This document shows, piece after piece, positions 30,960-40,119 of a stretch of 64,000 bases of DNA. The notes under the pieces were generated by a model. That model searched no databases. It was given only the letters and a program-made list of their open reading frames with translations, and had not been told where the DNA came from. Within the stretch, counting starts at the first letter, position 1. Every line of letters starts with the position of its first letter. Source of the DNA: an uncultured Chloroflexia bacterium (GTDB lineage: Bacteria > Chloroflexota > Chloroflexia > Thermomicrobiales > UBA6265); the NCBI GenBank assembly GCA_963724295.1, contig CAVRUC010000007.1, forward strand, positions 544,001 to 608,000, read 5' to 3'. Both the position numbers and the translations under genes were made by a program.

Positions 30960-32567
30960 ATGATGTTGGATCCCACGCAGACGTTGCATCAAGCGCTCGC
31001 CTCTCGTGGCAACCGCAGGCGGGCCGCCCAGGCGATTGCCGCGGCGGCCGGAGGCTTGCTGCTGCTCGAAGCCGCCACGCGCCAGGGCAGCCCGCTCGCG
31101 ATTGCCCAGGATGACGCCGACGACAGCTCGGGTCGCGGCCGCGGCCGGGGTCGTGGCGGAGACGACCACGACAACAGTGGACCCGGAAACGCGGAAGACG
31201 CGGAGGAGGCTGGAGAAGCCGTCGAATTGCCGGCGGGATCACTGGAAGTGCGCATCGTCGGCGACGACGCGGGCGATTTCGTTCCCGGCGAGCTGACCGT
31301 CGACGTCGGTCAATCCGTCACGTTCGTCAACATCCACAGCGACGAACACACCGCCACTGGCTCAGGTTTCGACACCGGCATCATCCCGGACGAGGGTGGC
31401 ATGGCCACCGTCGTGCTCGACACGCCCGGCACGTTCCCCTATGCCTGTCAGATTCATCCCGAGATGACAGGCGTCATCCGCGTCCGCGACGAAAATGGCG
31501 TCATACCGGAACCCCAAACGACCGCCCAAGAAGTCCCGGCCGATGCCACCACCGTGCGCATCGTCAACCTGGCATTCGACCCGGCCGAGGTCACGATTCC
31601 GACCGGAACCGCCGTCTCCTGGATCAACGACGACAGCGTGCCGCACACTGCGACATCAATCGACGGCGTCTTCGACTCCGGCATCTTCGATCCCGGCGCC
31701 AACTTCACGTGGACCTTTAATCAGCCGGGGTCGTTTCCTTATCAATGCCAGCTTCATCCCCAGATGCAGGGGACGATCATCGCCGAAGGGGAAGCGGTGG
31801 CGGGCGCTCCCGCGGACGCCCCTAACGGGGGTCAGGCTGATGCCGCATCGGCACAACCCGCCGCGCCGGGCGAAGGCGCCGTATCCATCATCGACTTCGC
31901 GTTCGAACCCGCCACTCTTGATGTGGCGGCCGGTGCGACGGTGGTCTGGACGAACGACGGACAGGCCCCGCACACCGTAACGGGGGAGTTCGCCGACTCG
32001 GGCGTTCTCGAGCCTGGCCAGACCTTTTCCCATACGTTTGCCGAATCCGGTGAGTTCAGCTACGTCTGCGCGATTCACCCCCAGATGACGGGAACGATCC
32101 GCGTGAACGCCGACGCGGCGCCCGGGACCGGAGCGGTCGGGGCGACACCGGTCGCACCCTCCGCGGTGGGTACAGGCCCCGAGGGTGTCTGGTTGATCCG
32201 GCTCGTTCCTGACGACGAGACGATACTCGGCGCGCATCAGGCCCTGGTCACCTTCCACGGCGACGGCACCATGGAAGCCGATTTTTCGGCGGAGTCCGGC
32301 GACGGAGCAACCACAGCCGTCCTGGCGTCAGGTCGGGGGGAGTGGTTGGTGAATGAGACTGTTTGCCGCATCTCACTGATCGCCCTCCTGAACGACGCAG
32401 ATCAGCGCTTCGCCGGCACGGTCACAGTCGACGCCGAGGCCGAGCTCGATACGGACGGTCGCGCCTTCGACGGGACATTCGATTTCGCCGTGGTCTCAGC
32501 CGGTGGCGAGCCGGTCGGCGATGGTTCGGGCAGGCTTCTTGGCGGATCAGTTTCACTCGACCCGTAG
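30960..32567 (+). CDS. Secreted multi-cupredoxin protein (three amicyanin/plastocyanin-like domains plus a C-terminal beta-rich domain)
   Basis: Three sets of HT(A/V)T ... YxCx(I/L)HPxMxG type-1 copper ligand motifs; twin-Arg-like N-terminus. Confidence 0.85.
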   Translation: MMLDPTQTLHQALASRGNRRRAAQAIAAAAGGLLLLEAATRQGSPLAIAQDDADDSSGRGRGRGRGGDDHDNSGPGNAEDAEEAGEAVELPAGSLEVRIVGDDAGDFVPGELTVDVGQSVTFVNIHSDEHTATGSGFDTGIIPDEGGMATVVLDTPGTFPYACQIHPEMTGVIRVRDENGVIPEPQTTAQEVPADATTVRIVNLAFDPAEVTIPTGTAVSWINDDSVPHTATSIDGVFDSGIFDPGANFTWTFNQPGSFPYQCQLHPQMQGTIIAEGEAVAGAPADAPNGGQADAASAQPAAPGEGAVSIIDFAFEPATLDVAAGATVVWTNDGQAPHTVTGEFADSGVLEPGQTFSHTFAESGEFSYVCAIHPQMTGTIRVNADAAPGTGAVGATPVAPSAVGTGPEGVWLIRLVPDDETILGAHQALVTFHGDGTMEADFSAESGDGATTAVLASGRGEWLVNETVCRISLIALLNDADQRFAGTVTVDAEAELDTDGRAFDGTFDFAVVSAGGEPVGDGSGRLLGGSVSLDP

Positions 32568-32758
32568 CGTCGATCGGGCGAGACCCATGGACATTGAAAG
32601 CATCCGCGACGACGCGCGGATGCTCCGTCAGGCAGCCAGCTCCTGGTTCGGAGTAGCATCATCGGGCAGGGCTGACGACGCTGCCCGATGGTCTGGCACG
32701 TGGTTTCTCGCGTTCCCGGGCGCGCAGGCCTCAATTCATCACTAGAAGGCGAGGAACA

Positions 32759-33958
32759 ATGTCCGATTCGTCGCGGCGCGCGGTGATCCTGGGTGGGGCC
32801 CGCACGCCATTCGCCAAACTCGGCGGCGCTTTAGCGACTCAGAGTGCCGTCGATCTCGGCGTCGTGGCCGCGCGGGCCGCGATCGAGCGCGCGGGCATAT
32901 CCCCGGCTGACGTCGACGACACGATTCTTGGCCAGGTGCTCCAGGGCGGCTCAGGACAGAACCCGGCTCGTCAGGTCGCGCTGCGAGCGGGCGTCGGCGT
33001 CGAGATACCCGCGGAGACGATCAATCGCGTCTGCGGGTCGGGGATGCGCGCCGTTACCCTCGCCGAATCGCTGATTCGCGCGGGCGATTACCAGGTCGTG
33101 CTGGCCGGTGGCATGGAGAGCATGACCAATGCCCCCTACATCCTGCGTAAGGCCCGCACCGGGTACCGCATGGGCGACGGCGTCCTCGAGGACACGATGA
33201 TCGGTGACGGCTTGCAGTGCGCGATTGCCAGCTGTCACATGGGTATCCACGGGGGCAACGTCGCCGCCGAAGAAGAGATCAGCCGCGAGGAGCAGGACGC
33301 CTGGGCACTGCGCTCCCACCAGCGCGCCCTGGCCGCGCGCGACGCGGGTCTCCTCGACCGCGAGATCGCGCCGGTCGAGATTGCCGCTAAAGGCGTCACC
33401 ACCATCGTCGACGAGGACGAGGCTCCCCGCAGGGACACGAGTGCGGAAGCGCTTGCTCGCCTGAAGCCCGCCTTCGACGCCGAAAGCACGGTGACCGCCG
33501 GCAACGCTCCGGGGATCAACGATGGCGCCGCCGCGCTCGTCGTCACAAGCGCGGACTGGGCCGCGGCGCAGGGACTGTCGCCCCGCGCGCGCATTCTGGC
33601 CCATGGCGAGGCCGCCTGGGAGGTCCCCTATCTCGCCTACACGCCCGCCATGGCCGCGGAGAAGGCACTTTCCCGGGCTGGGCTCAAGCCGTCCGATGTC
33701 GAAGTCTGGGAAATCAACGAGGCATTCGCCAGTGTGCCCATCATCTCCGCCAAGCGGCTCGGTATCGACCCCTGCCACGTCAATGTGAATGGCGGCGCGA
33801 TCGCGTTCGGCCACCCCATCGGCGCCAGTGGCGCCCGGATCATCCTCAGCCTGATCGAGGAGCTGCGCCGCCGTGGCGGCGGCCTCGGCGTGGCCGCGAT
33901 CTGCTCCGGCGGCGGCGGCGGGGACGCCATCGTCCTCGAGGTGCCTGGCCCGGCATGA
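32759..33958 (+). CDS. Acetyl-CoA acetyltransferase (thiolase)
   Basis: 'INRVCGSG', 'EINEAFA', 'GGAIAFGHPIGASG', 'ICSGGGGG'. Confidence 0.95.
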   Translation: MSDSSRRAVILGGARTPFAKLGGALATQSAVDLGVVAARAAIERAGISPADVDDTILGQVLQGGSGQNPARQVALRAGVGVEIPAETINRVCGSGMRAVTLAESLIRAGDYQVVLAGGMESMTNAPYILRKARTGYRMGDGVLEDTMIGDGLQCAIASCHMGIHGGNVAAEEEISREEQDAWALRSHQRALAARDAGLLDREIAPVEIAAKGVTTIVDEDEAPRRDTSAEALARLKPAFDAESTVTAGNAPGINDGAAALVVTSADWAAAQGLSPRARILAHGEAAWEVPYLAYTPAMAAEKALSRAGLKPSDVEVWEINEAFASVPIISAKRLGIDPCHVNVNGGAIAFGHPIGASGARIILSLIEELRRRGGGLGVAAICSGGGGGDAIVLEVPGPA

Positions 33959-34488
33959 GCGAGGGACTGCTGCTCCCGTTCAAGGGCGTTTTCCCCCGCA
34001 TCGCGGCGGGTGTCTACCTGGCGCCGGGCTCGGTCGTCGTCGGCGACGTCGAGATCGGCGCGGATTCGAGCGTCTGGTTCAACGCCGTCATCCGCGGTGA
34101 CGTCGCCCCAATTCGCATCGGGGAGCGATCGAACGTCCAGGACGGCGCCGTCCTCCACGTCGATACCGGAACCCCTTGCATCGTCGGCAACGAGGTCACC
34201 ATCGGTCACGCGGCCATCGTTCACGGCACGAACGTCGGGGACGGGGTCACTATCGGCATGGGAGCGGTCGTCCTCTCTCGTTCAATGATCGGCGCGGAGG
34301 CGATCGTCGCCGCCGCGGCGTTGGTGCCGGAAGATGCGGTCGTCCCTTCCGGCGCGCTGATGATGGGTGTGCCGGCGCGGGAGAAGCGCGCGCTCTCGGA
34401 CGCGGAACGGGCCGCATCACGAGAAAATGCGCTCCGCTACGTTCGGAATGCCGCCGCGCACCGTCTGGTCGTCGCGGGAGCCGAATAA
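33955..34488 (+). CDS. Gamma-carbonic anhydrase family protein (CaiE/PaaY/YrdA-like)
   Basis: Hexapeptide repeats; 'VIRGDV..IRIG..SNVQDGAVLH', 'TIGHAAIVHG'. Confidence 0.92.
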   Translation: MSEGLLLPFKGVFPRIAAGVYLAPGSVVVGDVEIGADSSVWFNAVIRGDVAPIRIGERSNVQDGAVLHVDTGTPCIVGNEVTIGHAAIVHGTNVGDGVTIGMGAVVLSRSMIGAEAIVAAAALVPEDAVVPSGALMMGVPAREKRALSDAERAASRENALRYVRNAAAHRLVVAGAE

Positions 34489-34501
34489 GGAAGAGGCGGA
34501 C

Positions 34502-35275
34502 ATGGCTGTCGACGTCGAGATCGACGAGGGTATCGCGGTCGTCACGATGAACCGCCCGCAGGCCCTGAACGCCTTCAACACCGAGCAGCTCGATCTTCTG
34601 ACAGGAGCGTTCCACGCGCTTGGCCAGGACCGCGCCGTCCGGGTCGTCATCCTGACCGGCGCTGGCGATCGCGCGTTTGCCGCGGGCGCGGATATCAAGG
34701 AGATGGTGAATCTCAGCCCGGCCGAGGGGGTGGCCTTCGGACGCAAGGGCCAGGCGGTGGCCAGCGCGGTCGAACGCCTGCCCCAGCCGGTGATTGCCGC
34801 GGTCAACGGGTATGCCTTCGGCGGCGGTTGCGAATTGGCTATCGCCTGCGATATCCGGCTCGCCGCCGAGAACGCCCGCTTCGCGCAGCCGGAGGTCACT
34901 CTCGGCATTCCTCCCGGCTGGGGTGGCACCCAACGGCTGCCCCGGCTCATCGGACCGGGTCTCGCCGCGGAGATGATTTACACGGGACGCCAGGTGGACG
35001 CCGAGGAAGCGCATCGCATCGGCCTGGTCAATGCGGTCTACCCGCTCGACCAGCTGATGGCGGCGGCGCAAGCAATGGCCGCTCAGATCGCCCGCAACAG
35101 CCCGGCCGCTGTTCGCGCCGCGAAGAACCTGATTGGGCTCGTTTTTGCCGGCGATCAAGCAGCGGGACTAGCCGCTGAGGTTGCCGGCTTCGGCGCCGCC
35201 TTCGCCTCGCCTGATCGGAGCGAGGGCATGCGCGCATTTGTCGAGAAGCGAGCGGCCGACTTCGCCGGCGACTGA
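34502..35275 (+). CDS. Enoyl-CoA hydratase (crotonase)
   Basis: 'AFAAGADIKEM', 'AFGGGCELA', 'QPEVTLGIPPGWGGTQRLPR'. Confidence 0.93.
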   Translation: MAVDVEIDEGIAVVTMNRPQALNAFNTEQLDLLTGAFHALGQDRAVRVVILTGAGDRAFAAGADIKEMVNLSPAEGVAFGRKGQAVASAVERLPQPVIAAVNGYAFGGGCELAIACDIRLAAENARFAQPEVTLGIPPGWGGTQRLPRLIGPGLAAEMIYTGRQVDAEEAHRIGLVNAVYPLDQLMAAAQAMAAQIARNSPAAVRAAKNLIGLVFAGDQAAGLAAEVAGFGAAFASPDRSEGMRAFVEKRAADFAGD

Positions 35276-35292
35276 CGCGGTGCCACCCACCG

Positions 35293-35403
35293 GTGTCATC
35301 CCGAGGGACCAGGGATAGTGTCATCCCGAGGAACGAGGGATCTCGTCGTTCTACGTGAGTACACACGTATTCGACGAGATTCTTCACCGGCTCGCAATGA
35401 CAC
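35293..35403. repeat. Palindromic MITE/REP-like element, copy 2
   Basis: GTGTCATCCCGAG x2 (25 bp apart), ATCTCGTCG/CGACGAGAT inverted repeat, terminal ATGACAC. Confidence 0.7.
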
Positions 35404-35418
35404 ACTCCACATCGTCCA

Positions 35419-35820
35419 CTACGGAAACTGGAGCGATTCCACCCGGCTGCGCAGGGCATGCGACGCCGGATCCCGCGTCGTCACGAACGTGCCGTCCTGC
35501 GTCCCCTGCAGCGGGAGAAACTGAACGTTGATCTCCGCTGACTCCACGACTCGCTCTCCATCGTAGATATCGATCCAGATCTCGGCCGACGAGATCGCCT
35601 CGGATCCGGTGTTGGTCACGGTGTACGGAATGTAGAAGGTCTCGTCGCGCACAGCGGCCTGTTCCGTGTCAAATGTAATTTGCAGCGACGCGCCGTCTCC
35701 TTCCAGCCGTCGCGCTTCCTCGACCAGAGCGACGACGATCAAGGCGCCTACGACCAGCACGCTGAGCGAGAGCGTCACCCACTCCGCGAGTGATTTTCGT
35801 CTCGCGGCGCGCTCGGTCAT
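35419..35820 (-). CDS. TIGR02588-like hypothetical protein
   Basis: 'AEWVTL.LS' N-terminal transmembrane helix, 'YTVTNTG', 'FLP...G.FV..RDP'; coupled to the TIGR02587-like gene. Confidence 0.7.
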   Translation of the reverse strand: MTERAARRKSLAEWVTLSLSVLVVGALIVVALVEEARRLEGDGASLQITFDTEQAAVRDETFYIPYTVTNTGSEAISSAEIWIDIYDGERVVESAEINVQFLPLQGTQDGTFVTTRDPASHALRSRVESLQFP

Positions 35821-36716
35821 ATGGCGAGCCGGCCCGCGGCCGCGGCCATCGACGCGGGAAACGCCAGCAGCACCGTCTTGGTGTAGATCTCGACCGGGGT
35901 CGACTCCTCGTCGATGCGACCGAATAACCGGAGCACGATCAGGCAGACGAGAAGCGCCAGCAGATAGGCGGTCACGGTTTCCGCAAACGGTGTCTGCAGC
36001 GGTCCCGGCGTGCGGTGGCGGTCATTCTCTCCGGCAAATCCCGCGGCAAAGACGACACTGTAGGTGACGAGCAGTGAGAGCAGGATCACCAGCGGCAGGT
36101 TCCGGAACGGCACCTCCGTTGTAATGGCCGTCAGATCGTCGACCGGCACGATGGCCAGGCACAAGAAGAGCGCGCCAGCGGCTGATGCGGCGAGCTCGAA
36201 AAGCGTGCGCCGCCGGCCGTCGTGCCATCCCAGGCGCACCGCGCTGGCATCACCGGCATCGGGATCGACGCGCGAGGCATCCCGCGCCAGGAGATGGTTG
36301 GCGATGGCGACGCCCAGACTCACCGGCGCGATCGCCACGGCGATCCGGCCTATGGCAATCGAAGGCGCTTGTCCGTCCCCGATCTGCCCAAGAACCCAAA
36401 ACACCGCTACCAGAGCCAGCACCGCCAGCGCGAGCGCTTCGATTGCGTCCCCGAAAACTTGCCATCCTCGGCGCAGCCCGCGCCGGAACCCGATCCAGTA
36501 GACCGCCACCAGCGTCAGCAGATACGAGAAGCCTAGCAACGTCAGCGAGTCCAGCGGCTCGTTCTGATCGCCGAGCCACCACGAATCAACCGTAAAGACA
36601 ACGGGGATACCGACCAGGAACCCGCTGGCTAACCCCCGCACGGCGTCATCGAACTCGTCCGACCATTCGCGACCAGGACGAGGTCGCGTCGGCGCGCCCC
36701 GAGGTTCAACCAGCAT
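35817..36716 (-). CDS. TIGR02587-like integral membrane protein (DUF2391)
   Basis: 'RGLASGFLVGIP..T...WWLG', 'PFAETVTAY', 'FPASMAAAAGRLAI'. Confidence 0.75.
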   Translation of the reverse strand: MLVEPRGAPTRPRPGREWSDEFDDAVRGLASGFLVGIPVVFTVDSWWLGDQNEPLDSLTLLGFSYLLTLVAVYWIGFRRGLRRGWQVFGDAIEALALAVLALVAVFWVLGQIGDGQAPSIAIGRIAVAIAPVSLGVAIANHLLARDASRVDPDAGDASAVRLGWHDGRRRTLFELAASAAGALFLCLAIVPVDDLTAITTEVPFRNLPLVILLSLLVTYSVVFAAGFAGENDRHRTPGPLQTPFAETVTAYLLALLVCLIVLRLFGRIDEESTPVEIYTKTVLLAFPASMAAAAGRLAI

Positions 36717-36877
36717 GCGATTTCTCCACCGCGGCCCGTTGGCTCGATGCGGGCGTGGCTGCCGGCTCAGCTGCGCTCAGCTCACGTCTCCAGGCCGCTC
36801 AGGGAGAGCCGATGGCAACCTGCCGCTATAGTAGCCGCCGATGTGCGATGGCCTGCGTGACAAGGGGTTGGGACGGA

Positions 36878-37615
36878 ATGCGGTTCGAGGGACAGACAGC
36901 GATCGTCACCGGAGCGGCTCGAGGCATTGGTGAAGCGATCGCCCGGCGCCTCGCCAGCGAAGGCGCGGCGGTCATGATCGCGGACGTGGATTATCACGCC
37001 GCCGAGGCCACCGCGACCGCGATCGGCGAGTACGCGGTCGCTCAGCCGCTCGACGTGACCGAGCCGGTCTCCTGGGACGCCGCGGTGCGGGCCGCACTTG
37101 ACCGCTGGGGACGAATCGACGCGCTAGTCAACAACGCCGGCATCGCGGGGCGCTCCGCACCCATCTGGGAGCTCGGCGTCGACGAGTGGCAGCAGGTTGT
37201 GGACATCGACCTCACCGGCGTCTTCCTGGGCTGCAAAGCCGTCATCCCGGTCATGGTTGACGTCGGCTCCGGCCGCATCGTCAACATCGCGTCGATCGCC
37301 GGCAAGGAAGGCAACCCCAACGCGGTTCCCTATTCGGCCGCCAAGGCCGGGGTGATTGGCTTGACGAAAGCGGTCGCCAAAGAGGTCGCCACCACGGGCG
37401 TGCTCGTCAATGCGGTGGCGCCGGCCGTGATCGAGACCCCGATCCTGGCCCAGGTGAGCGACGAGCATATCGCCTACATGACCAGCCGCATCCCGATGGG
37501 GCGCGTCGGCAAACCGGAGGAAGTCGCCGCGCTGGTCGCGTTTCTCTGCTCGTCCGACCTCAGCTTCTCCACCGGCGCCGTCTACGACATCTCCGGGGGC
37601 CGCGCCACCTATTAG
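36878..37615 (+). CDS. SDR family oxidoreductase (resembles 2-dehydro-3-deoxy-L-rhamnonate dehydrogenase-type SDRs)
   Basis: TGAARGIG, NNAG, 'SIAGKEGNPN..YSAAK', C-terminal 'SFSTGAVYDISGGRATY'. Confidence 0.85.
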   Translation: MRFEGQTAIVTGAARGIGEAIARRLASEGAAVMIADVDYHAAEATATAIGEYAVAQPLDVTEPVSWDAAVRAALDRWGRIDALVNNAGIAGRSAPIWELGVDEWQQVVDIDLTGVFLGCKAVIPVMVDVGSGRIVNIASIAGKEGNPNAVPYSAAKAGVIGLTKAVAKEVATTGVLVNAVAPAVIETPILAQVSDEHIAYMTSRIPMGRVGKPEEVAALVAFLCSSDLSFSTGAVYDISGGRATY

Positions 37616-37646
37616 CGAGTCATCGCGGCGGCTCCCGCTGACGCGG

Positions 37647-38495
37647 TCATGCGTTGCCACCGTCGAGACCGAACAGAAACAGCTGGATCGCTGCCAGGGT
37701 CTGCTCGGATCCCGGTCCCAGAAATACGTCGTGGCTGGCGCCGTAGATCGTCTGCGCCCGGGCTTGCGGGATCGTCGCCAGCATTCGTTCGGCGGTCTCT
37801 GGCCGTATCTCACCCCGCTGGCCACGCACGATCAACACGGGACAATGCAGGCGAGCCAGGACGTCCCAATCGGATCGCGGCACGGCGGCGGCCTCGATCC
37901 GGCGCACGATGTCGAGGTCATGCCGCCAGCGGTAACCACCATCTGACCTCGCTTCGAGGTCACTCGGGATGTCATGGCGGGCCCGGTCCGGAGGCAGCCC
38001 CAAATCCTCTTCGTAGAACCGAGTGGCGTCCGCAAGTGAAGCAAACGCCTGTGGCAGCGAGTTGATCTCGGCGAGCGCGTGCGATGCACGATCCGCGGTC
38101 ACCTCGGGATTGGCGTCACCGAGGACGACCCCACAGGCGAGCTCGGGGCGCCGGGCGGCAAGGTGGTAGGCGACGAGGCCACCATGCAAGCGCCCGATGA
38201 GCGCCGGCCGCTCGATACCGAGCCGATCGACCAATTCGGCGACGTCGTCGGCCATCGTCGCGGGGTCATAACCGCCCTCCGGACGATCGCTTTCTCCCCG
38301 TCCCCGCAGATCGGGAACCAGCACTTCACGGTCGAGCGACAGCTGCTCCGCGAGATGGCGCATGCCTTCCCCGCTCTGCAGCACGCCATGCAGGAGGACG
38401 ACGGGTGGGTGCTGGGCGTCCGGCGGGCTTGCCCAGCGGCGATACGCCAGACGCACCCCATTGACATGCTCGAAGCCGGTAAGGAGTTGACTCAT
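37647..38495 (-). CDS. Alpha/beta fold hydrolase
   Basis: 'VVLLHG', 'PDLRGRGES', C-terminal 'GASHDV'; nucleophile elbow is atypical (GRLHGG, no Ser). Confidence 0.8.
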   Translation of the reverse strand: MSQLLTGFEHVNGVRLAYRRWASPPDAQHPPVVLLHGVLQSGEGMRHLAEQLSLDREVLVPDLRGRGESDRPEGGYDPATMADDVAELVDRLGIERPALIGRLHGGLVAYHLAARRPELACGVVLGDANPEVTADRASHALAEINSLPQAFASLADATRFYEEDLGLPPDRARHDIPSDLEARSDGGYRWRHDLDIVRRIEAAAVPRSDWDVLARLHCPVLIVRGQRGEIRPETAERMLATIPQARAQTIYGASHDVFLGPGSEQTLAAIQLFLFGLDGGNA

Positions 38496-39400
38496 CGACC
38501 GCTCCCGGCGCGATAGTTCTGCAGCGCCGCCGTCACGAGTTGCAAACATTCGCTCTCATAGGGCTGCGGCCAGACGATCAGGTGGGCGACGCCTTGGGCC
38601 TCGAATCCTCGCCACTCGTCGGCCAGGTCCTGCGCGCTGGTGAACGTGAACCGCGCGGCACGATCGGACTCGTCTCGATCCTGTCTCGAGTCAGGGGTCA
38701 TCACGATCTGGCCGACGGTGACATCGAGTGTTGTGGGATCGCGACCTACGTCGGAGCAGGCCGCATGAAGTTCCTCAACCCGCTGAGGGAGTTCTCCGGC
38801 GCGTCCCACCCAACAGGTGTTCCAGGCATCGGCAAGCTCGGCGGTCAATCGCAGCATGCGGGGCCGCGAGGCTCCAATCAGGATCGGCGGTCCGTCTGGT
38901 CGCGGACCTCGCGGCAGGCTGACGCAGTTGACGGCTAGTTCATACCTTCCCTGGTAGTCGACGACGTCACCACGGACCATCGGCGCGATGATGCGCAGCG
39001 CGTCCTCGAAGCGGCTGGCGAGATGATCGAACGGAAAGCCAAACGCCGAGAACTCCGGCTGATGCCAACCCGCACCAAGGCCCAGGATCAACCGGCCCCC
39101 GCTCACCTCGTCAACCGCGTCAGCCATCTTGGCAAGGAGTGCCGGGTTACGGAACGCCGTGCATATGACCAGCGTCCCCAGCTCGATGCGAGTCGTCGCC
39201 TCGGCCAGAGCCGAAAGCAACGTCCAGCCCTCCCAGATACCTCGCCGCTGCCCCTCCCACTCAAAGAGGAGATGGTCGACGATCCAGATCGAATCGAACT
39301 GATCGCGCTCCGCCTGGAGCGCCGCGTCGCGGATGTCGCCGTAGCGCAGGATCGTCCCGTCGTCTGTCTCGGCGATCGGCAACAGCATCCCGACCTTCAC
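38492..39400 (-). CDS. LLM-class (luciferase-like) flavin/F420-dependent oxidoreductase
   Basis: 'DSIWIVDHLL', 'FRNPALLAKMA', 'SGGRLILGLGAGW', 'PPILIG'. Confidence 0.9.
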   Translation of the reverse strand: MKVGMLLPIAETDDGTILRYGDIRDAALQAERDQFDSIWIVDHLLFEWEGQRRGIWEGWTLLSALAEATTRIELGTLVICTAFRNPALLAKMADAVDEVSGGRLILGLGAGWHQPEFSAFGFPFDHLASRFEDALRIIAPMVRGDVVDYQGRYELAVNCVSLPRGPRPDGPPILIGASRPRMLRLTAELADAWNTCWVGRAGELPQRVEELHAACSDVGRDPTTLDVTVGQIVMTPDSRQDRDESDRAARFTFTSAQDLADEWRGFEAQGVAHLIVWPQPYESECLQLVTAALQNYRAGSGR

Positions 39401-39605
39401 ATCGTCTCCTCGACCCCGAACCGTCCGCAACCGCAGTCACCGAGCGCGGTGAAACCCGCCGCACTGTACGTCGCCAGGAGCGAGAACGCCAAGACGTCTC
39501 CCATCCTCGATCGGGTTGGCCGGCCGCGGCGGGGTACAATCGCTCGCCGGTGGTATCGCGTGGAGCGGGGCCAGGTCCCGACTACCGAGGGGGCATGGGG
39601 GAAGC

Positions 39606-40031
39606 ATGGCCGGGTTGTTCGGCAAGCGTCGTAACTCGGGATCGCAGCCGGCTACCGGGTCACTGCTCGATGAGGTCACCCAGGGCAGCCCGGTGACCGA
39701 TGGCTGGCGATTCTCGCTCAAGGGGTCGCCGCGCTTTTATGACGACGTACTCCGCATCATCGAGAGCGACTCCGGCGCTGAGGTCTATTTTGGCGAAGCG
39801 CTAACCTACGAGCGCGGCGCCGCCGTTGCGCTCTGGCGCGTTCGCGCCCGGAGCTTCGCCTGGTTGCCACCGCTCTATGACTGGTGGGCCGACCAGGAGC
39901 GTATCGAACCAGTCCGGTTCACATTTTATCTCTACATTCCGCCGGACCTGAAGTACCCGGCACTGGATCTGCGCGAGCATGCTCCTCAGGACGTCGAGGC
40001 GTTCATCAAACAGCGTGCCCCCAAGGACTAG
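39606..40031 (+). CDS. Hypothetical protein
   Basis: Typical codon pattern, TACAAT -10 upstream, followed by a hairpin. Confidence 0.7.
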   Translation: MAGLFGKRRNSGSQPATGSLLDEVTQGSPVTDGWRFSLKGSPRFYDDVLRIIESDSGAEVYFGEALTYERGAAVALWRVRARSFAWLPPLYDWWADQERIEPVRFTFYLYIPPDLKYPALDLREHAPQDVEAFIKQRAPKD

Positions 40032-40064
40032 AGCCAAGCGGGCGAAGCTCGGGCAAGAAACGGA

Positions 40065-40093
40065 ACCGCCTCCGCGAAAATCGCGGAGGCGGT
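40065..40093. terminator. Hairpin between convergent genes
   Basis: accgcctccgcga-aaa-tcgcggaggcggt. Confidence 0.6.
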
Positions 40094-40119
40094 CGCTTCG
40101 TTCGGGATCGAGCGGTCGA

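Noticed and set aside
32587..32745. 52-codon ORF between the cupredoxin and thiolase genes
   Set aside because: The region is dominated by two hairpins (gcatccgcg/cgcggatgc; catcgggcag/ctgcccgatg) and has no convincing RBS or protein features
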